A model generated the notes under the pieces. That model searched no databases. It had not been told where the DNA came from and worked only from the letters and a program-made list of their open reading frames with translations. This document shows, piece by piece, positions 46,688 through 56,711 of a DNA stretch of 64,000 nucleotides. Positions within the stretch are counted from its first letter, which is position 1. The number at the start of each line of letters is the position of its first letter. The stretch covers positions 511 to 64,510 of the forward strand of contig CALJRW010000023.1 in assembly GCA_937976335.1 (NCBI GenBank), written 5' to 3'. The position numbers and the translations under genes are program-made. The DNA comes from an uncultured bacterium (GTDB taxonomy: Bacteria; Bdellovibrionota_C; UBA2361; CALJRW01).

Positions 46688-47940
46688 GCGTTTATAAAGT
46701 CAGGATAAAAAGAAAGAATTTTATTACTTTTACTCTTATCTTTAATGAAGAGAAAGGATTTTACTTTATTTTGAAATGAAGAATTTTCTTCATAATTAGA
46801 TGAGGGTAAGCTTGAAAATTTTGGCAAGCAAAAAATTGGCTCTATTCCTTGGTTGCTTAGCATTGTTCCAACATTTGTATAGGCATCAAGTGCATCTTTA
46901 TTGTTCAATAGTTCAGGAGAGCAAAAAATTATTAATTTAGAAATCGAAGAATTTGGAGAGTTGTTTACTACTTGAGTGATGAAAAATTCAACTTCATTTA
47001 AGATGTCAGGTGTGTTTTTAAGTAAAGTAGAGCTAACAGATTTGATAAGAATATCTTCAGCTTCTTCTCTATTTTGAGCTATAATATTTGAGCCGATACA
47101 GCCAAAAAAAACATCAATATCTGAATTTTCAGTAAGCTTTAAATAAGAGAGAGCAGAGCTGCAAACGTTATCATCTGTAATACCAGCAATACAAAAAACA
47201 GCAATTTGTCCTTCAGGTGAGAAAGAAGGTTCTGGGTGTCTTGAAATTAACTCTCTTGATTTAGCAAAAACTTTCCAAAGAATTTTTTTTGCACCATCGC
47301 TAGGATGATATTTTTTAAGATCATATAATTCCCCAAGTCTTTGATTTTGACCATAGATATCATCGCCAGCTTTATGAAAAGAGCTTAAAACTGGAACTTT
47401 ACTTGTATTTCCTGCTGGTGGTCTAACTTTTAAATTATCAAAAATTTTAGTTTTCCAAATTTGTCGCGTAACGCCAAATCTATCTTCAACAGTAATTTTA
47501 AGATTTTCTAAATTCCATTTTCCTCTATGAGGAAATTTAGTGTCGAGTGAAATATTTCTTTCTATGTTAGAATTACCTGATATGATTAATTCTTTTGAAA
47601 AAGGATTTTTAAAGTTGTATTTTAAATTAATCTTTGAATAAAAAAGTGGTAGTAAATTCATCGGGCTTAGTTTTAAAATAAGTTGTGTATCTTTGTTTGA
47701 ATAAAGCTCATTCTCTTCTGGTGGAAAAATTTTTAATTTTAAATCTTTAGCAATTTTTTTTCTTTGAAAATAGTTGAGTATTATTAAAATGAAAATAAAA
47801 AGAAGAAGAGCAAAGCCAATAACGGTCGCTATGATATCTTTATATGGGAAGCCCAGACCAAAAATAAGTACTATTGCAAGCAATAGCAGTAGTAAGCCTT
47901 GAAGGGTAATAATAAAATTAAATTTTCTTTTTTGAGTCAT
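46654..47940 (-). CDS. DUF58-domain protein
   Basis: Two N-terminal TM segments. DUF58-like GELYDLKKYHPSDGAKKILWKVFAKSRELISR. Confidence 0.7.
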   Translation of the reverse strand: MTQKRKFNFIITLQGLLLLLLAIVLIFGLGFPYKDIIATVIGFALLLFIFILIILNYFQRKKIAKDLKLKIFPPEENELYSNKDTQLILKLSPMNLLPLFYSKINLKYNFKNPFSKELIISGNSNIERNISLDTKFPHRGKWNLENLKITVEDRFGVTRQIWKTKIFDNLKVRPPAGNTSKVPVLSSFHKAGDDIYGQNQRLGELYDLKKYHPSDGAKKILWKVFAKSRELISRHPEPSFSPEGQIAVFCIAGITDDNVCSSALSYLKLTENSDIDVFFGCIGSNIIAQNREEAEDILIKSVSSTLLKNTPDILNEVEFFITQVVNNSPNSSISKLIIFCSPELLNNKDALDAYTNVGTMLSNQGIEPIFCLPKFSSLPSSNYEENSSFQNKVKSFLFIKDKSKSNKILSFYPDFINACLKYQWQVYS

Positions 47941-48073
47941 GTTTTTATTGCTTATCCAGTAATCTTTTCTGCAACTTTAAGAAGATCATAAGGTATGTTA
48001 TAGTCTATAGCAATTTACTAAGCTTTACGACAGTAATTTTAGTTCTTATTCTATACGAATAGTTATTATACGA

Positions 48074-49819
48074 ATGAATAAAAAAATAGATTTTTCAAAA
48101 CAAATATTTAACTTGATATTTGTCAAAAGTGCTAAAAATGCGAGTGATTTTTCTAAATATATTCAAAAAAAACACTATACTGAATTTGCTGATTCATTAG
48201 AAAATCCCAGTTTTTTCTCTTTTGATGTTAAAGGCGATATTCCCTTACCTATATTAATTAGCTCCAAGTATAGTTTTCTTGATTCTGAAAAAACAATTTC
48301 AGATTTGTTAGATTTTAAAAGTATATTTAGAAGAGATTGCTTAGATCAAATTTTAAGTTTAGCAAATGGAGATGAATTAATCCCTTTTCATAAATTTCCA
48401 TTTGAAAATCAAATAACTAATAATGTAGTTATTTTAATCGCCTTAGAGCCAAACAAAACTATCTTTAGTAAATCAGATTTAAGTATTAAAGATTGGGCTA
48501 GTATTTATGATTCGAGTCGAGTTATTGCAAATAAAAAGTTAATTAAGATAGAAAATCTTATAGAGAAACAGATTCAAAATGTCAGTTTTATAGTTAAAAA
48601 TTTTTCTGTTCTTAATTTTAAAGAAAATATTTATGAGATTCATGAAAGTTTAAGAAAGTTTTCTGAAAATGATAATTTTGATGCTAAATTTGTTTTTTTT
48701 AATAAAAAAGAAAAAAAGATTGTTAATGAGTTTTATTATAGCAAAGGATATCTTTCCAAAACTAAACAGGAATCAAATGAAAATATATTAATTGCTAAAA
48801 AAACATATGAAGATTTTTGTATTACTAATGTTGAAGAAGTTCTAAAAAGTATTACTAAGTATAAACTAAAAGATAGCTTAGTCTTAAGCTTGTTCCAGAA
48901 ATTAGGGCAATTTAATCTAAATCAGATTAGCTTATTTTCTAAAGTTTCTGAATTATCTGATAGTGAATCAATGTTTTTAAAGTTATTCTTACTCTTTGAT
49001 GCAAATTTGTCTGATGTTTTAATTTTAATTGATGATCCGTTTTTAGTTTTATCAAAAAAAGAATCAATAAGTTTTTTAAAATTATGTGAAAATTATTTTT
49101 TTGAAAAATGCTCGCTTATATGTACGTCTAGTAAGTATATCAATTTAAAGAGTGAGTCTAGTAAGTTTAGAGTAGTTAATATAACAAAAGAAAACAAGGA
49201 AGATTTTGAAAATAAGAAATTAATAAAGCTTAAAAATAATATAGTTATTGATAGAAGTTCAAAAAGAATATCATCTTATTTAAAAATAGAAAATGAAATT
49301 GCTAAAATTTTCGCATCGTCCTTTGAAGCGCAAAAAGCTGGTTATTTAGAAAAAGATTTTAGTTTTTCTAAAAACTCTAGAGTTTGTCAGTTTTGTTTAG
49401 GTAGTGGGAAAATGTTAGTAGAAAATCAATCTTTTCAAATTTATTTTTGTGATTTTTTTGATACTTGCAATCATTGCTCAGGGATTGGTTTTAATGAGAA
49501 ACTTCAATCTTTAGTATGTCGTAGTAAAACTATTGCAGATATTTATTCTAACTTGATTTCAGAAAATTATGATTTTTCTTCCTTAAATTTAAAATTAAGA
49601 AAAACTATTGAAGTTTTAATTACTTTAGGACTCGGACACCTCTCTTTTATCGATAAGCCAAGTAGTTTAAACGTTTTTGAACAACGAAGGTTGTTCATTG
49701 CTAGTAAAATTTTACAAAAAGCTGAAAGTAAAGATCTTTTTGAGCATAATTTATTAAACGATCTAAGTATTGAAGAAAAAGAAAAAGTTAAAACATACTT
49801 TTGCAGTCTTTTTAGTTAA
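48074..49819 (+). CDS. UvrA-derived protein with degenerate ATPase motifs
   Basis: The C-terminal part aligns by eye with the E. coli UvrA zinc module and second ABC signature. AGYLEKDFSFSKNSRVCQFCLGSGKMLVE...CNHCSGIGFNEKL matches [29 protein letters not shown]...CDQCKGKRYNRETL. LITLGLGHLSFIDKPSSLNVFEQRRLFIASKIL matches [32 protein letters not shown]. The first signature is also degenerate (LSDSESMFLKLF, VLILIDDPF). No GxxGxGK[ST] is present anywhere. Confidence 0.55.
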   Translation: MNKKIDFSKQIFNLIFVKSAKNASDFSKYIQKKHYTEFADSLENPSFFSFDVKGDIPLPILISSKYSFLDSEKTISDLLDFKSIFRRDCLDQILSLANGDELIPFHKFPFENQITNNVVILIALEPNKTIFSKSDLSIKDWASIYDSSRVIANKKLIKIENLIEKQIQNVSFIVKNFSVLNFKENIYEIHESLRKFSENDNFDAKFVFFNKKEKKIVNEFYYSKGYLSKTKQESNENILIAKKTYEDFCITNVEEVLKSITKYKLKDSLVLSLFQKLGQFNLNQISLFSKVSELSDSESMFLKLFLLFDANLSDVLILIDDPFLVLSKKESISFLKLCENYFFEKCSLICTSSKYINLKSESSKFRVVNITKENKEDFENKKLIKLKNNIVIDRSSKRISSYLKIENEIAKIFASSFEAQKAGYLEKDFSFSKNSRVCQFCLGSGKMLVENQSFQIYFCDFFDTCNHCSGIGFNEKLQSLVCRSKTIADIYSNLISENYDFSSLNLKLRKTIEVLITLGLGHLSFIDKPSSLNVFEQRRLFIASKILQKAESKDLFEHNLLNDLSIEEKEKVKTYFCSLFS

Positions 49820-49950
49820 TATTGAGATCTATTTTTGAGGAAGCATCTTTAGAAAATAACACAGTAGTTCTAAAAAAGTTAACAATCTAATGTGCTTAAA
49901 CTAATCCAAATCACTTGCAACTTAGCTAACATCGATTTAAAGTTGACGCA

Positions 49951-51387
49951 ATGGATACATATAATAATAAAGATTTTTATCTCGATTTTTCTAAATCGCT
50001 TTTTTCTAAAAACTTAGTTGATAATTATAGTGAGAAATTTAAATCTGCTCTAAATGAATTAAAAGCTCTAGAGAAAGGTGAGAAAGTAAACAAGGATGAA
50101 GATAGAATGGTTGGCCATTATTGGTTAAGAAATTCTGAGATTAGTCCAAATAAAGATATTTCTAGCTCTATTACTGAAGAAATAGAAAAAATTAAAAATT
50201 TTTCGAAAGATAAATATACAAGTTGTATATGGGTGGGAATTGGAGGCTCAGGACTTGGGCCAAGATTGTTGCATGATGCTTTTTCTAGTTCTAAGAGTAA
50301 GATAAAATTTTATTTTTTAGATAATACCGATCCTGATGGCGTTGAACTTGCTTTAGAATCAGTTGAAGATTTATCAAAAACATTAGTTGCTTTTGTTTCA
50401 AAATCAGGCGGAACGACAGAGCCAAAAAATTGCCTTGCTATTTTAAAAGAGATTTGGAAGCGAGAAGGTTTATCTGTTTCAAACTCTTTTATTTCAGTCT
50501 CAGTTCTAAATTCAAAGCTTGATACAGAAGCTAGGGAAAACAATTGGTTAGAACGTTTTTTTCTATGGGATTGGGTAGGTGGAAGAACTAGCATTTGGAG
50601 TGCGGTAGGATTGCTTCCTTTGTATCTTTACGGTGCCAATATTGATGAGTTTTTAAAAGGAGCTTCCTGGATGGATGAACAAACGCGTTCCTCTGATCTA
50701 GTTAAAAATCCAGCAGGTCTTTTGGCTTCAGCTTGGCATGATTTTTCTACTGAGCAAGGTATTAAAAATATGGTCATACTTCCATATAGAGATAGGCTTG
50801 GCTTGCTTGGTCAGTATTTTCAGCAATTAGTGATGGAAAGTATTGGAAAAGAGAATGACTTTGATGGTAATGTTGTAAACGAAGGAATTTCAGTTTTTGG
50901 TAATAAAGGAACTACAGATCAGCACTCCTTTGTTCAGCAGTTACGAGAAGGTCCGAATGATTTTTTTGCTATTTTTATTGATATTTTAAAAAACAATAGC
51001 ACGGGCACAAAATATTCATGTGGAGAGATAGAAGTTGAGCCAGGAATTAAAGCTAGTGATTATTTAACTAGTTTTTTAATTGGAACTCAACTTGCACTTT
51101 ATGAGAAAAAACGCTCAAGCATTTATATTAGCTTCGATGAACATAAAGAATTTAGTTTAGGTGCAATTATTGCATTATTTGAAAGAGCTGTTAGTTTTTA
51201 TGCTAGTTATACAAACATTAATGCCTATAACCAGCCTGGGGTTGAGGCCGGGAAGAAAGCAGCAGGTGAGGTGATTGTTGCATTAAAAAAGCTTAAAAAT
51301 AGTGATGGAGAAGTGATTAAAGCTGATAGTTTAGATAGCCAAACACAGAATAGGCTTAAAAGATACATTGATTTAGAGAAAAAATAG
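49951..51387 (+). CDS. pgi: Glucose-6-phosphate isomerase
   Basis: GIGGSGLGPRLL, FVSKSGGTTEP, GGRTSIWSAVGL, and TDQHSFVQQLREGP. Confidence 0.88.
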   Translation: MDTYNNKDFYLDFSKSLFSKNLVDNYSEKFKSALNELKALEKGEKVNKDEDRMVGHYWLRNSEISPNKDISSSITEEIEKIKNFSKDKYTSCIWVGIGGSGLGPRLLHDAFSSSKSKIKFYFLDNTDPDGVELALESVEDLSKTLVAFVSKSGGTTEPKNCLAILKEIWKREGLSVSNSFISVSVLNSKLDTEARENNWLERFFLWDWVGGRTSIWSAVGLLPLYLYGANIDEFLKGASWMDEQTRSSDLVKNPAGLLASAWHDFSTEQGIKNMVILPYRDRLGLLGQYFQQLVMESIGKENDFDGNVVNEGISVFGNKGTTDQHSFVQQLREGPNDFFAIFIDILKNNSTGTKYSCGEIEVEPGIKASDYLTSFLIGTQLALYEKKRSSIYISFDEHKEFSLGAIIALFERAVSFYASYTNINAYNQPGVEAGKKAAGEVIVALKKLKNSDGEVIKADSLDSQTQNRLKRYIDLEKK

Positions 51388-51395
51388 CTTGTAAT

Positions 51396-51426
51396 ATACG
51401 ATATAGTATCTTATACTATATCGTAT
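51396..51426. promoter_or_regulatory. Operator-like perfect inverted repeat overlapping the antitoxin start codon
   Basis: ATACGATATAGTAT-CTT-ATACTATATCGTAT, with 14-bp arms at 51396-51409 and 51413-51426. The ATG is at 51425. Confidence 0.5.
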
Positions 51427-51646
51427 GAAAGTAACTGCAATTATTCCTGATGAGCTAGTTAAGGAACTTAGAAAACATTCGAATTCAAAAACTTTAACAG
51501 ATTGTTTAATTCATGCGATTACTGAATGGGTTTCAATTACCAAAATTAAACAGCTTAATGAGCAAGTAGCAAAATCTCCACTTAAGTTTGCAAAAAAATA
51601 TGATGCAAAGTCTGTACGTGTTTTAAACAGGAAATCTAGAGATTAA
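51425..51646 (+). CDS. Type II antitoxin (VapB-like)
   Basis: 73 aa. MKVTAIIPDELVKELRKHS... Its stop overlaps the toxin ATG (TAATG). Confidence 0.55.
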   Translation: MKVTAIIPDELVKELRKHSNSKTLTDCLIHAITEWVSITKIKQLNEQVAKSPLKFAKKYDAKSVRVLNRKSRD

Positions 51647-52026
51647 TGGTTTTGCTAGATACTTCTATTTGGATTGAATACCTTAAAAAATCAAGAAAAT
51701 ATTTTTTTCAAGTAAAAGAACTTTTAGAAACTGGTCAAGTTTTAGCTAATCAATGTGTATTTGGAGAATTACTACGAGGCGTGAGAAATACGAAAGAGCT
51801 TAAGATAGTTATGGAATTTTGGAAAAGCCTTGCAAAAGTTTCAGAAGAAGATCTTTGGATTGAGGCGGGAAGCTTTTCTTATGAAAAAAAACTTTATAGT
51901 AAAGGCGTAGGTATTATAGATCTGGTTATTCTTCTCTCTGCGAGAAGAGCTAAAGCTAAGCTTTGGACTCTAGATTCTAATCTAGATAAATTGCTAAAGA
52001 AAGGAGAGAGATATGAATTTAAATAA
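51646..52026 (+). CDS. vapC: PIN-domain ribonuclease toxin (VapC family)
   Basis: 126 aa. MVLLDTSIWIEYL, internal E (FGELL), and D (GIIDLVI), LWTLDSN. Confidence 0.75.
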   Translation: MVLLDTSIWIEYLKKSRKYFFQVKELLETGQVLANQCVFGELLRGVRNTKELKIVMEFWKSLAKVSEEDLWIEAGSFSYEKKLYSKGVGIIDLVILLSARRAKAKLWTLDSNLDKLLKKGERYEFK

Positions 52027-52069
52027 GATAGCAATTTATAGAAAAATAATTATTAGAAATAAATCATTC

Positions 52070-53608
52070 CTACGACAAATTATCTGACACAATCTTATAG
52101 GTTGGATCTTCCATAATATTAACATCTATGATTTCTGAAGAATGATCTAGTAGCTTTCGACAATCTGAACTTAAGTGTTTTAAATGTAGCTTTTTACCAG
52201 CCTTAAGATATCTCTCTGTTAGTTTATTTAGCGCTTCAATTGCTGAGTGATCAGCTACTCTGCTCTCAAGAAAATCTATAACTACTTCGTCAGGATCGCT
52301 TGCTGGCTTAAATTTTTCTTGAAAAACAGCAACTGATCCAAAAAAAAGTGGGCCATAAATTTCATAATGCTTCACTCCATTTTCATCAATGCTCTTTCGT
52401 GCTCGAATTCTCTTAGAATTTTCCCATGCAAATACCAAGGCTGAAATAATAACTCCAACAAGTACAGCGAGAGCTAGGTTATGAAAGAAAATGGTTATAA
52501 ATGTAACCGCTAGCATTACGAATATATCGGCCAGTGGTATTTTACCAAAGACTTTTAAGCTTGCCCATTCAAATGTACCAATAGCAACAACAAACATTAC
52601 TCCAACAAGTGCGGCCATTGGAAGTTTTTCAATGATAGGAGCGCCAATAAGAATGAAGATAAGTAGAGTTAGTGATGCAACAACTCCTGAAAGGCGATTT
52701 CTTCCTCCAGAGCTAATGTTGATCAGGCTTTGCCCGATCATTGCACATCCTCCCATTCCTCCAAAAAAACCAGTAACTATATTGGCAACTCCTTGACCTA
52801 CACATTCCTGATTTCCACGACCTCGTGTTTCGGTTACTTCGTCAATTAAGCTAAGAGTAAGAAGGCTTTCAATAAGTCCTACTCCTGCCATAATGCAAGA
52901 GTAGGGAAGAATGATTTGTAAAGTTTTAAATGTAAAAGGAATTTTTGGAATATATAGAGGAGGAAAACCTCCTGCAATAGAAGCGATATCGCCAACAGTT
53001 TTAGTTTTGATATCAAATCCGAGAACAAGCATCGAGACAACAATAATCGCAACTAGTGCTGCTGGAATTGCTTTTGTGACTTTTGGAAGAAGCCAAATTA
53101 TAGCCATTGTGAGAGCAACAAAGCCAAGCATTATGTAGAGAGGGGTGCCACTTAGCCATTGATAGTTGCCCTTAGAACTTGCTATCTTAAATTGTTCTAA
53201 TTGAGCTATGAATATAACTATTGCAAGTCCGTTAACAAAGCCAAACATGACAGGATGAGGAACGAGTCTGATAAATTTTCCAAGTCTAAGAAATCCAGCA
53301 ATAAGTTGTATAATACCCATTAAAACTACTGCTGCTAAAAGGTAATCTAATCCATGAGAAGCAACGAGTGGTGCAACAACAACTGCAATTGCACCTGTCG
53401 CGCCAGAGATCATTCCAGGTCTCCCCCCAATGATTGATGCGATTAGTCCTATCATAAATGCGGCATAAAGTCCGGAAAGAGGTGGGACGCCTGCAATTAT
53501 TGAAAAGGCAACAGCTTCAGGAATAAGAGCTAGTGCAACAGTAATACCTGAAAGTAATTCGTTTTTAAGATTGAAATTTGTTTTTTTTAATAAACTTAAT
53601 ATATACAT
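52070..53608 (-). CDS. SulP-family anion transporter with C-terminal STAS domain
   Basis: 512 aa. N-terminal LSGITVALALIPEAVAFSIIAGVPPLSGLYAA, at least 10 TM segments, and a STAS-like tail (YEIYGPLFFGS...DHSAIEAL). Confidence 0.9.
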   Translation of the reverse strand: MYILSLLKKTNFNLKNELLSGITVALALIPEAVAFSIIAGVPPLSGLYAAFMIGLIASIIGGRPGMISGATGAIAVVVAPLVASHGLDYLLAAVVLMGIIQLIAGFLRLGKFIRLVPHPVMFGFVNGLAIVIFIAQLEQFKIASSKGNYQWLSGTPLYIMLGFVALTMAIIWLLPKVTKAIPAALVAIIVVSMLVLGFDIKTKTVGDIASIAGGFPPLYIPKIPFTFKTLQIILPYSCIMAGVGLIESLLTLSLIDEVTETRGRGNQECVGQGVANIVTGFFGGMGGCAMIGQSLINISSGGRNRLSGVVASLTLLIFILIGAPIIEKLPMAALVGVMFVVAIGTFEWASLKVFGKIPLADIFVMLAVTFITIFFHNLALAVLVGVIISALVFAWENSKRIRARKSIDENGVKHYEIYGPLFFGSVAVFQEKFKPASDPDEVVIDFLESRVADHSAIEALNKLTERYLKAGKKLHLKHLSSDCRKLLDHSSEIIDVNIMEDPTYKIVSDNLS

Positions 53609-53869
53609 TCTTCTACTTTTATTGATAAAAATTTATAACGCTCAGACAAAAAAAATGATTAAAAGAAATCAGTCAATGTAGTTAGAGAGTTGAGTTTTAG
53701 AGATAAATAAAACTATAGAGCTTGGAAGCCGGAAGGAACCATGGTTCTAGTAAGTGGTACTATTCTCAATAGTGAAGGATTCTATTCCAGGATAGAAAAA
53801 GACGCTACCCATTCTCTTAAAGGTGCTTTGTTTTTTAGCATGTCCTTTATCTACAATGTTCTTAATTAC

Positions 53870-56704
53870 TTACTTTAAGAGCACTGGAATTTGAGATTCA
53901 ATTTTTTCATTCATATCAACTATGTTTAAACTCTTTTTTAGTTCCGAAAAATATTGAACCTTGCCCCAAATGTTTATATCTCCAATAACGTAAAATCGAT
54001 TTTTTGCTCTGGTTAATGCAACGTTTAGAATATTAGGTTTTGAAGATGCCCAGTTAACCGCTCCTGCACTATTTGCATCTCCGCCAAGTAGCATTATAAC
54101 AGTTTTTTCTTCTTTTCCTTGAAAAGCATGTACTGTGCCGACATTGTTTTTCTTCCAATAAAATATTTCTCTTTTGCTAGGAAGTTCTGCTCCGACCCCT
54201 AAGTCGTCAAAGTAAGAAAAAAGCCGCTCTTTTGTAAGTTTCTCTTTGAGTTTTGTGCGAATATTTCTAAAAGGACTAATTATAAAAAGCCTAGGAAGCT
54301 TTCTTTCAGAAATGATATGTTTTTTGATTAACTCAAAGCAAACCTTACTTTGATTCTCTACCCAATGTTTTGAAGAACAGCTACCTTCAATATGAAACCA
54401 TGTACTAATAGTAGATGAACTGCCAGCTTGAGAAGTTGAATGATTTGGCATATGAATCATAAAATTTTCATATGCAATTTTATTTGAAATGCTAAACATT
54501 GGATCTAAGCATCTTCTATGAATTCTTAAGGGAGAAGAAATCCAAGTTTTATAATCAAGATTTTTTGAAATGTATGTTCCAAATTGACTTTGTTTATCAG
54601 CTAAGGTTTGAACAGAATGATTTACAGGTGACCAAAGAATTCCCGTAGCTTGAGAGCTACAAGTTTTATCTGCGATATATTTTACTAATTTTTTTGGTAA
54701 ATTAAAAATGGGTTCTATTTGTTGTGGGTCACCAATAATTAAAGCTTTTTTAGCTCTCCAGAGAGCTCCCACTCCAGCTTGAGGAAGTGCTTGTCCTGCT
54801 TCATCTATTAGCAAATTTCCGATTGATTGAGGGCCAAGACTAGAAAAAAGTCGCTCAATAGATGCGAAGGTAGTTGATACGACCGGCACTATCATAAAAA
54901 ATAACTGCCATAATGCTAAATCTGCTTTTGTGTTAGAATCTCTTGTACCAGCAATTAATTTACTTATTGCAATAAGAGCTTTTGCAATTCTTTGATCGCT
55001 ATAAATACTCTTTAACCAAGCTTCATGTAGTTTTAAAGCTGAGACAAAAAGTTCGCCTCTCAAATTATTTAATTCATTAGAGTGCCAGTTACACTTTACC
55101 TGAAATTCACTTGTGTTAATGCCATTTGAGTTTACTTCAGGAATATTTTGTTTATTTAATATTTTTGAAATTTTTTTATGTTTTTTTAAAAAATCAACAC
55201 GTTTTTGTTTATAATCTTCTAAGCTTAAATTTGTGATGGAGTGTTTTCTAAGATACTCAAAAATAGTTAAAACTGAATCTCCATATTTTTCTTTTATTTC
55301 TTTTCGCCTTTCTTCGGGTTTAATAAAGAAAAAACCATTTCTAAATTTTTGACGGTTTTTTCTGTTTCCTAGTACAGCTGCTATTGTTCCCCAAGAGTTA
55401 GAATTAAAGTTGTTTATGCATAGTGATTCAGCAACTGGTTTAAAGTATGAACATTTTTTTTGAAAATTCTTTCCTAAAGCTTCCACAAGTGGCAATTCTT
55501 TAGAAATGTTTTCTACTGCTAAATTATTTGAAGATGCAACTACAATTTCATATGATTGTAGTTTTGTATCTAGTACAGGAACTTGCGTTCCATCAGATAA
55601 AAGTATCCAATTAGAAATAGCTTTAAATGGATCTTTAAAGCTAGTAAGGTTTAAGGCGCGTTTGCAAACTACATTCGCTATGATTTCTTTTAGCATTGTA
55701 GTTTTCCCAGTTCCGGGAGGGCCATTTACTGAAATGAGAGAAGAGGCGCTATTAAAATAATTATTAATACCAAGCTGTTGCATTAAGCTCATGTGATGAT
55801 CTTCTTCTGCAGGCCAAGTTCCAATTGGGCTCAGTTTGGCTTGAGTTTTGTTAAGTATTTCGTTTTTTGAACTCTCGTTGGAAACATCAATTTTTTCTAA
55901 TTGCTCAATTTCTGATAAATCTAAATATTTAAAAAGAGGTGAATCAGATTTTAAGCTATTAGCATCATCAATCATTATTTCTAAATCTCTTAAGTAAAAA
56001 CTATTTAGTATGTCAATTTTTGGTCTCTTAAAATCGCTTTCTTTAGATTCTAGTTCTTCTTTCTTTTTCTTTTTTGGAATTTCGTAAATTACAATTGAAC
56101 CCAAAAAAGAATAATTTTCTGGTTTCCAATTAGCTAAATTAGCAAGTTTTTTGTTGTAAAATTTAAGATCTTCCGCAGTTAATGGAACAGTTCCATGTTT
56201 TTCAAAACGCTCTAAGAAAAAGTTTGCAAATCTTAAGCTATAGAAATCAAATTTATCAACGCTTAGTTTATCTAAAGAGTCACTTTTTATCGCATCTAGT
56301 GCCAAAGGAAGAGTAGATAGTTGAAAATGATTTATAATGTTTCCAAACCTATCTAAGCTAATTCTTGCAAAACAAGTATTTAGTTCAAGTGATTGAGCAT
56401 CATTCCAATCTGCTATAAACTCAAGTTTTGTACTTTTTTCGACAGAATTTTTAATTTCTAACATTGGAAAAGCGCCCAAATAGACATGATATGCATATGC
56501 CTTATTAGGATCGCAGTTAAGTGCCGTAAGAATTTCAAAATTATGCCAAGGGAGTTTGGTATTGCTACAATCTAATTCTAAATTATATGTATGTTCGTTG
56601 AATTCTAAGACTTTGTTAAGGTTAAAAGGGTGAAAGTTCTCTAAAGCGTGCCAGTATTTTAGAATTTCTTTGGCTTTGTTTGGGATTGGGTTTACTTGAG
56701 TCAT
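53870..56704 (-). CDS. Upf1/DNA2-like superfamily 1 helicase with an uncharacterised ~320-aa N-terminal domain
   Basis: 944 aa. Motif I VNGPPGTGKTT, Ia ASSNNLAVENI, II LLIDEAGQ, III LIIGDPQQIEPI, V VGTVHAFQGKEEKTVI, VI LNVALTRAKNRFYVIGD. Residues 1-320 (YWHALENFHPF...ILNSFYLRDLE) match no motif I recognise. A K-rich linker PKKKKKEELESKE is present. Confidence 0.85.
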   Translation of the reverse strand: MTQVNPIPNKAKEILKYWHALENFHPFNLNKVLEFNEHTYNLELDCSNTKLPWHNFEILTALNCDPNKAYAYHVYLGAFPMLEIKNSVEKSTKLEFIADWNDAQSLELNTCFARISLDRFGNIINHFQLSTLPLALDAIKSDSLDKLSVDKFDFYSLRFANFFLERFEKHGTVPLTAEDLKFYNKKLANLANWKPENYSFLGSIVIYEIPKKKKKEELESKESDFKRPKIDILNSFYLRDLEIMIDDANSLKSDSPLFKYLDLSEIEQLEKIDVSNESSKNEILNKTQAKLSPIGTWPAEEDHHMSLMQQLGINNYFNSASSLISVNGPPGTGKTTMLKEIIANVVCKRALNLTSFKDPFKAISNWILLSDGTQVPVLDTKLQSYEIVVASSNNLAVENISKELPLVEALGKNFQKKCSYFKPVAESLCINNFNSNSWGTIAAVLGNRKNRQKFRNGFFFIKPEERRKEIKEKYGDSVLTIFEYLRKHSITNLSLEDYKQKRVDFLKKHKKISKILNKQNIPEVNSNGINTSEFQVKCNWHSNELNNLRGELFVSALKLHEAWLKSIYSDQRIAKALIAISKLIAGTRDSNTKADLALWQLFFMIVPVVSTTFASIERLFSSLGPQSIGNLLIDEAGQALPQAGVGALWRAKKALIIGDPQQIEPIFNLPKKLVKYIADKTCSSQATGILWSPVNHSVQTLADKQSQFGTYISKNLDYKTWISSPLRIHRRCLDPMFSISNKIAYENFMIHMPNHSTSQAGSSSTISTWFHIEGSCSSKHWVENQSKVCFELIKKHIISERKLPRLFIISPFRNIRTKLKEKLTKERLFSYFDDLGVGAELPSKREIFYWKKNNVGTVHAFQGKEEKTVIMLLGGDANSAGAVNWASSKPNILNVALTRAKNRFYVIGDINIWGKVQYFSELKKSLNIVDMNEKIESQIPVLLK

Positions 56705-56711
56705 TTGATTT

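Noticed and set aside
53870-56704. Assignment of the helicase to Mokosh-type or Nhi-like defence systems.
   Set aside because: I could not find a PLD HxK(x)4D motif or a recognisable PD-(D/E)xK nuclease motif in the protein or its neighbours. Naming a known system would be unsupported without profile searches.
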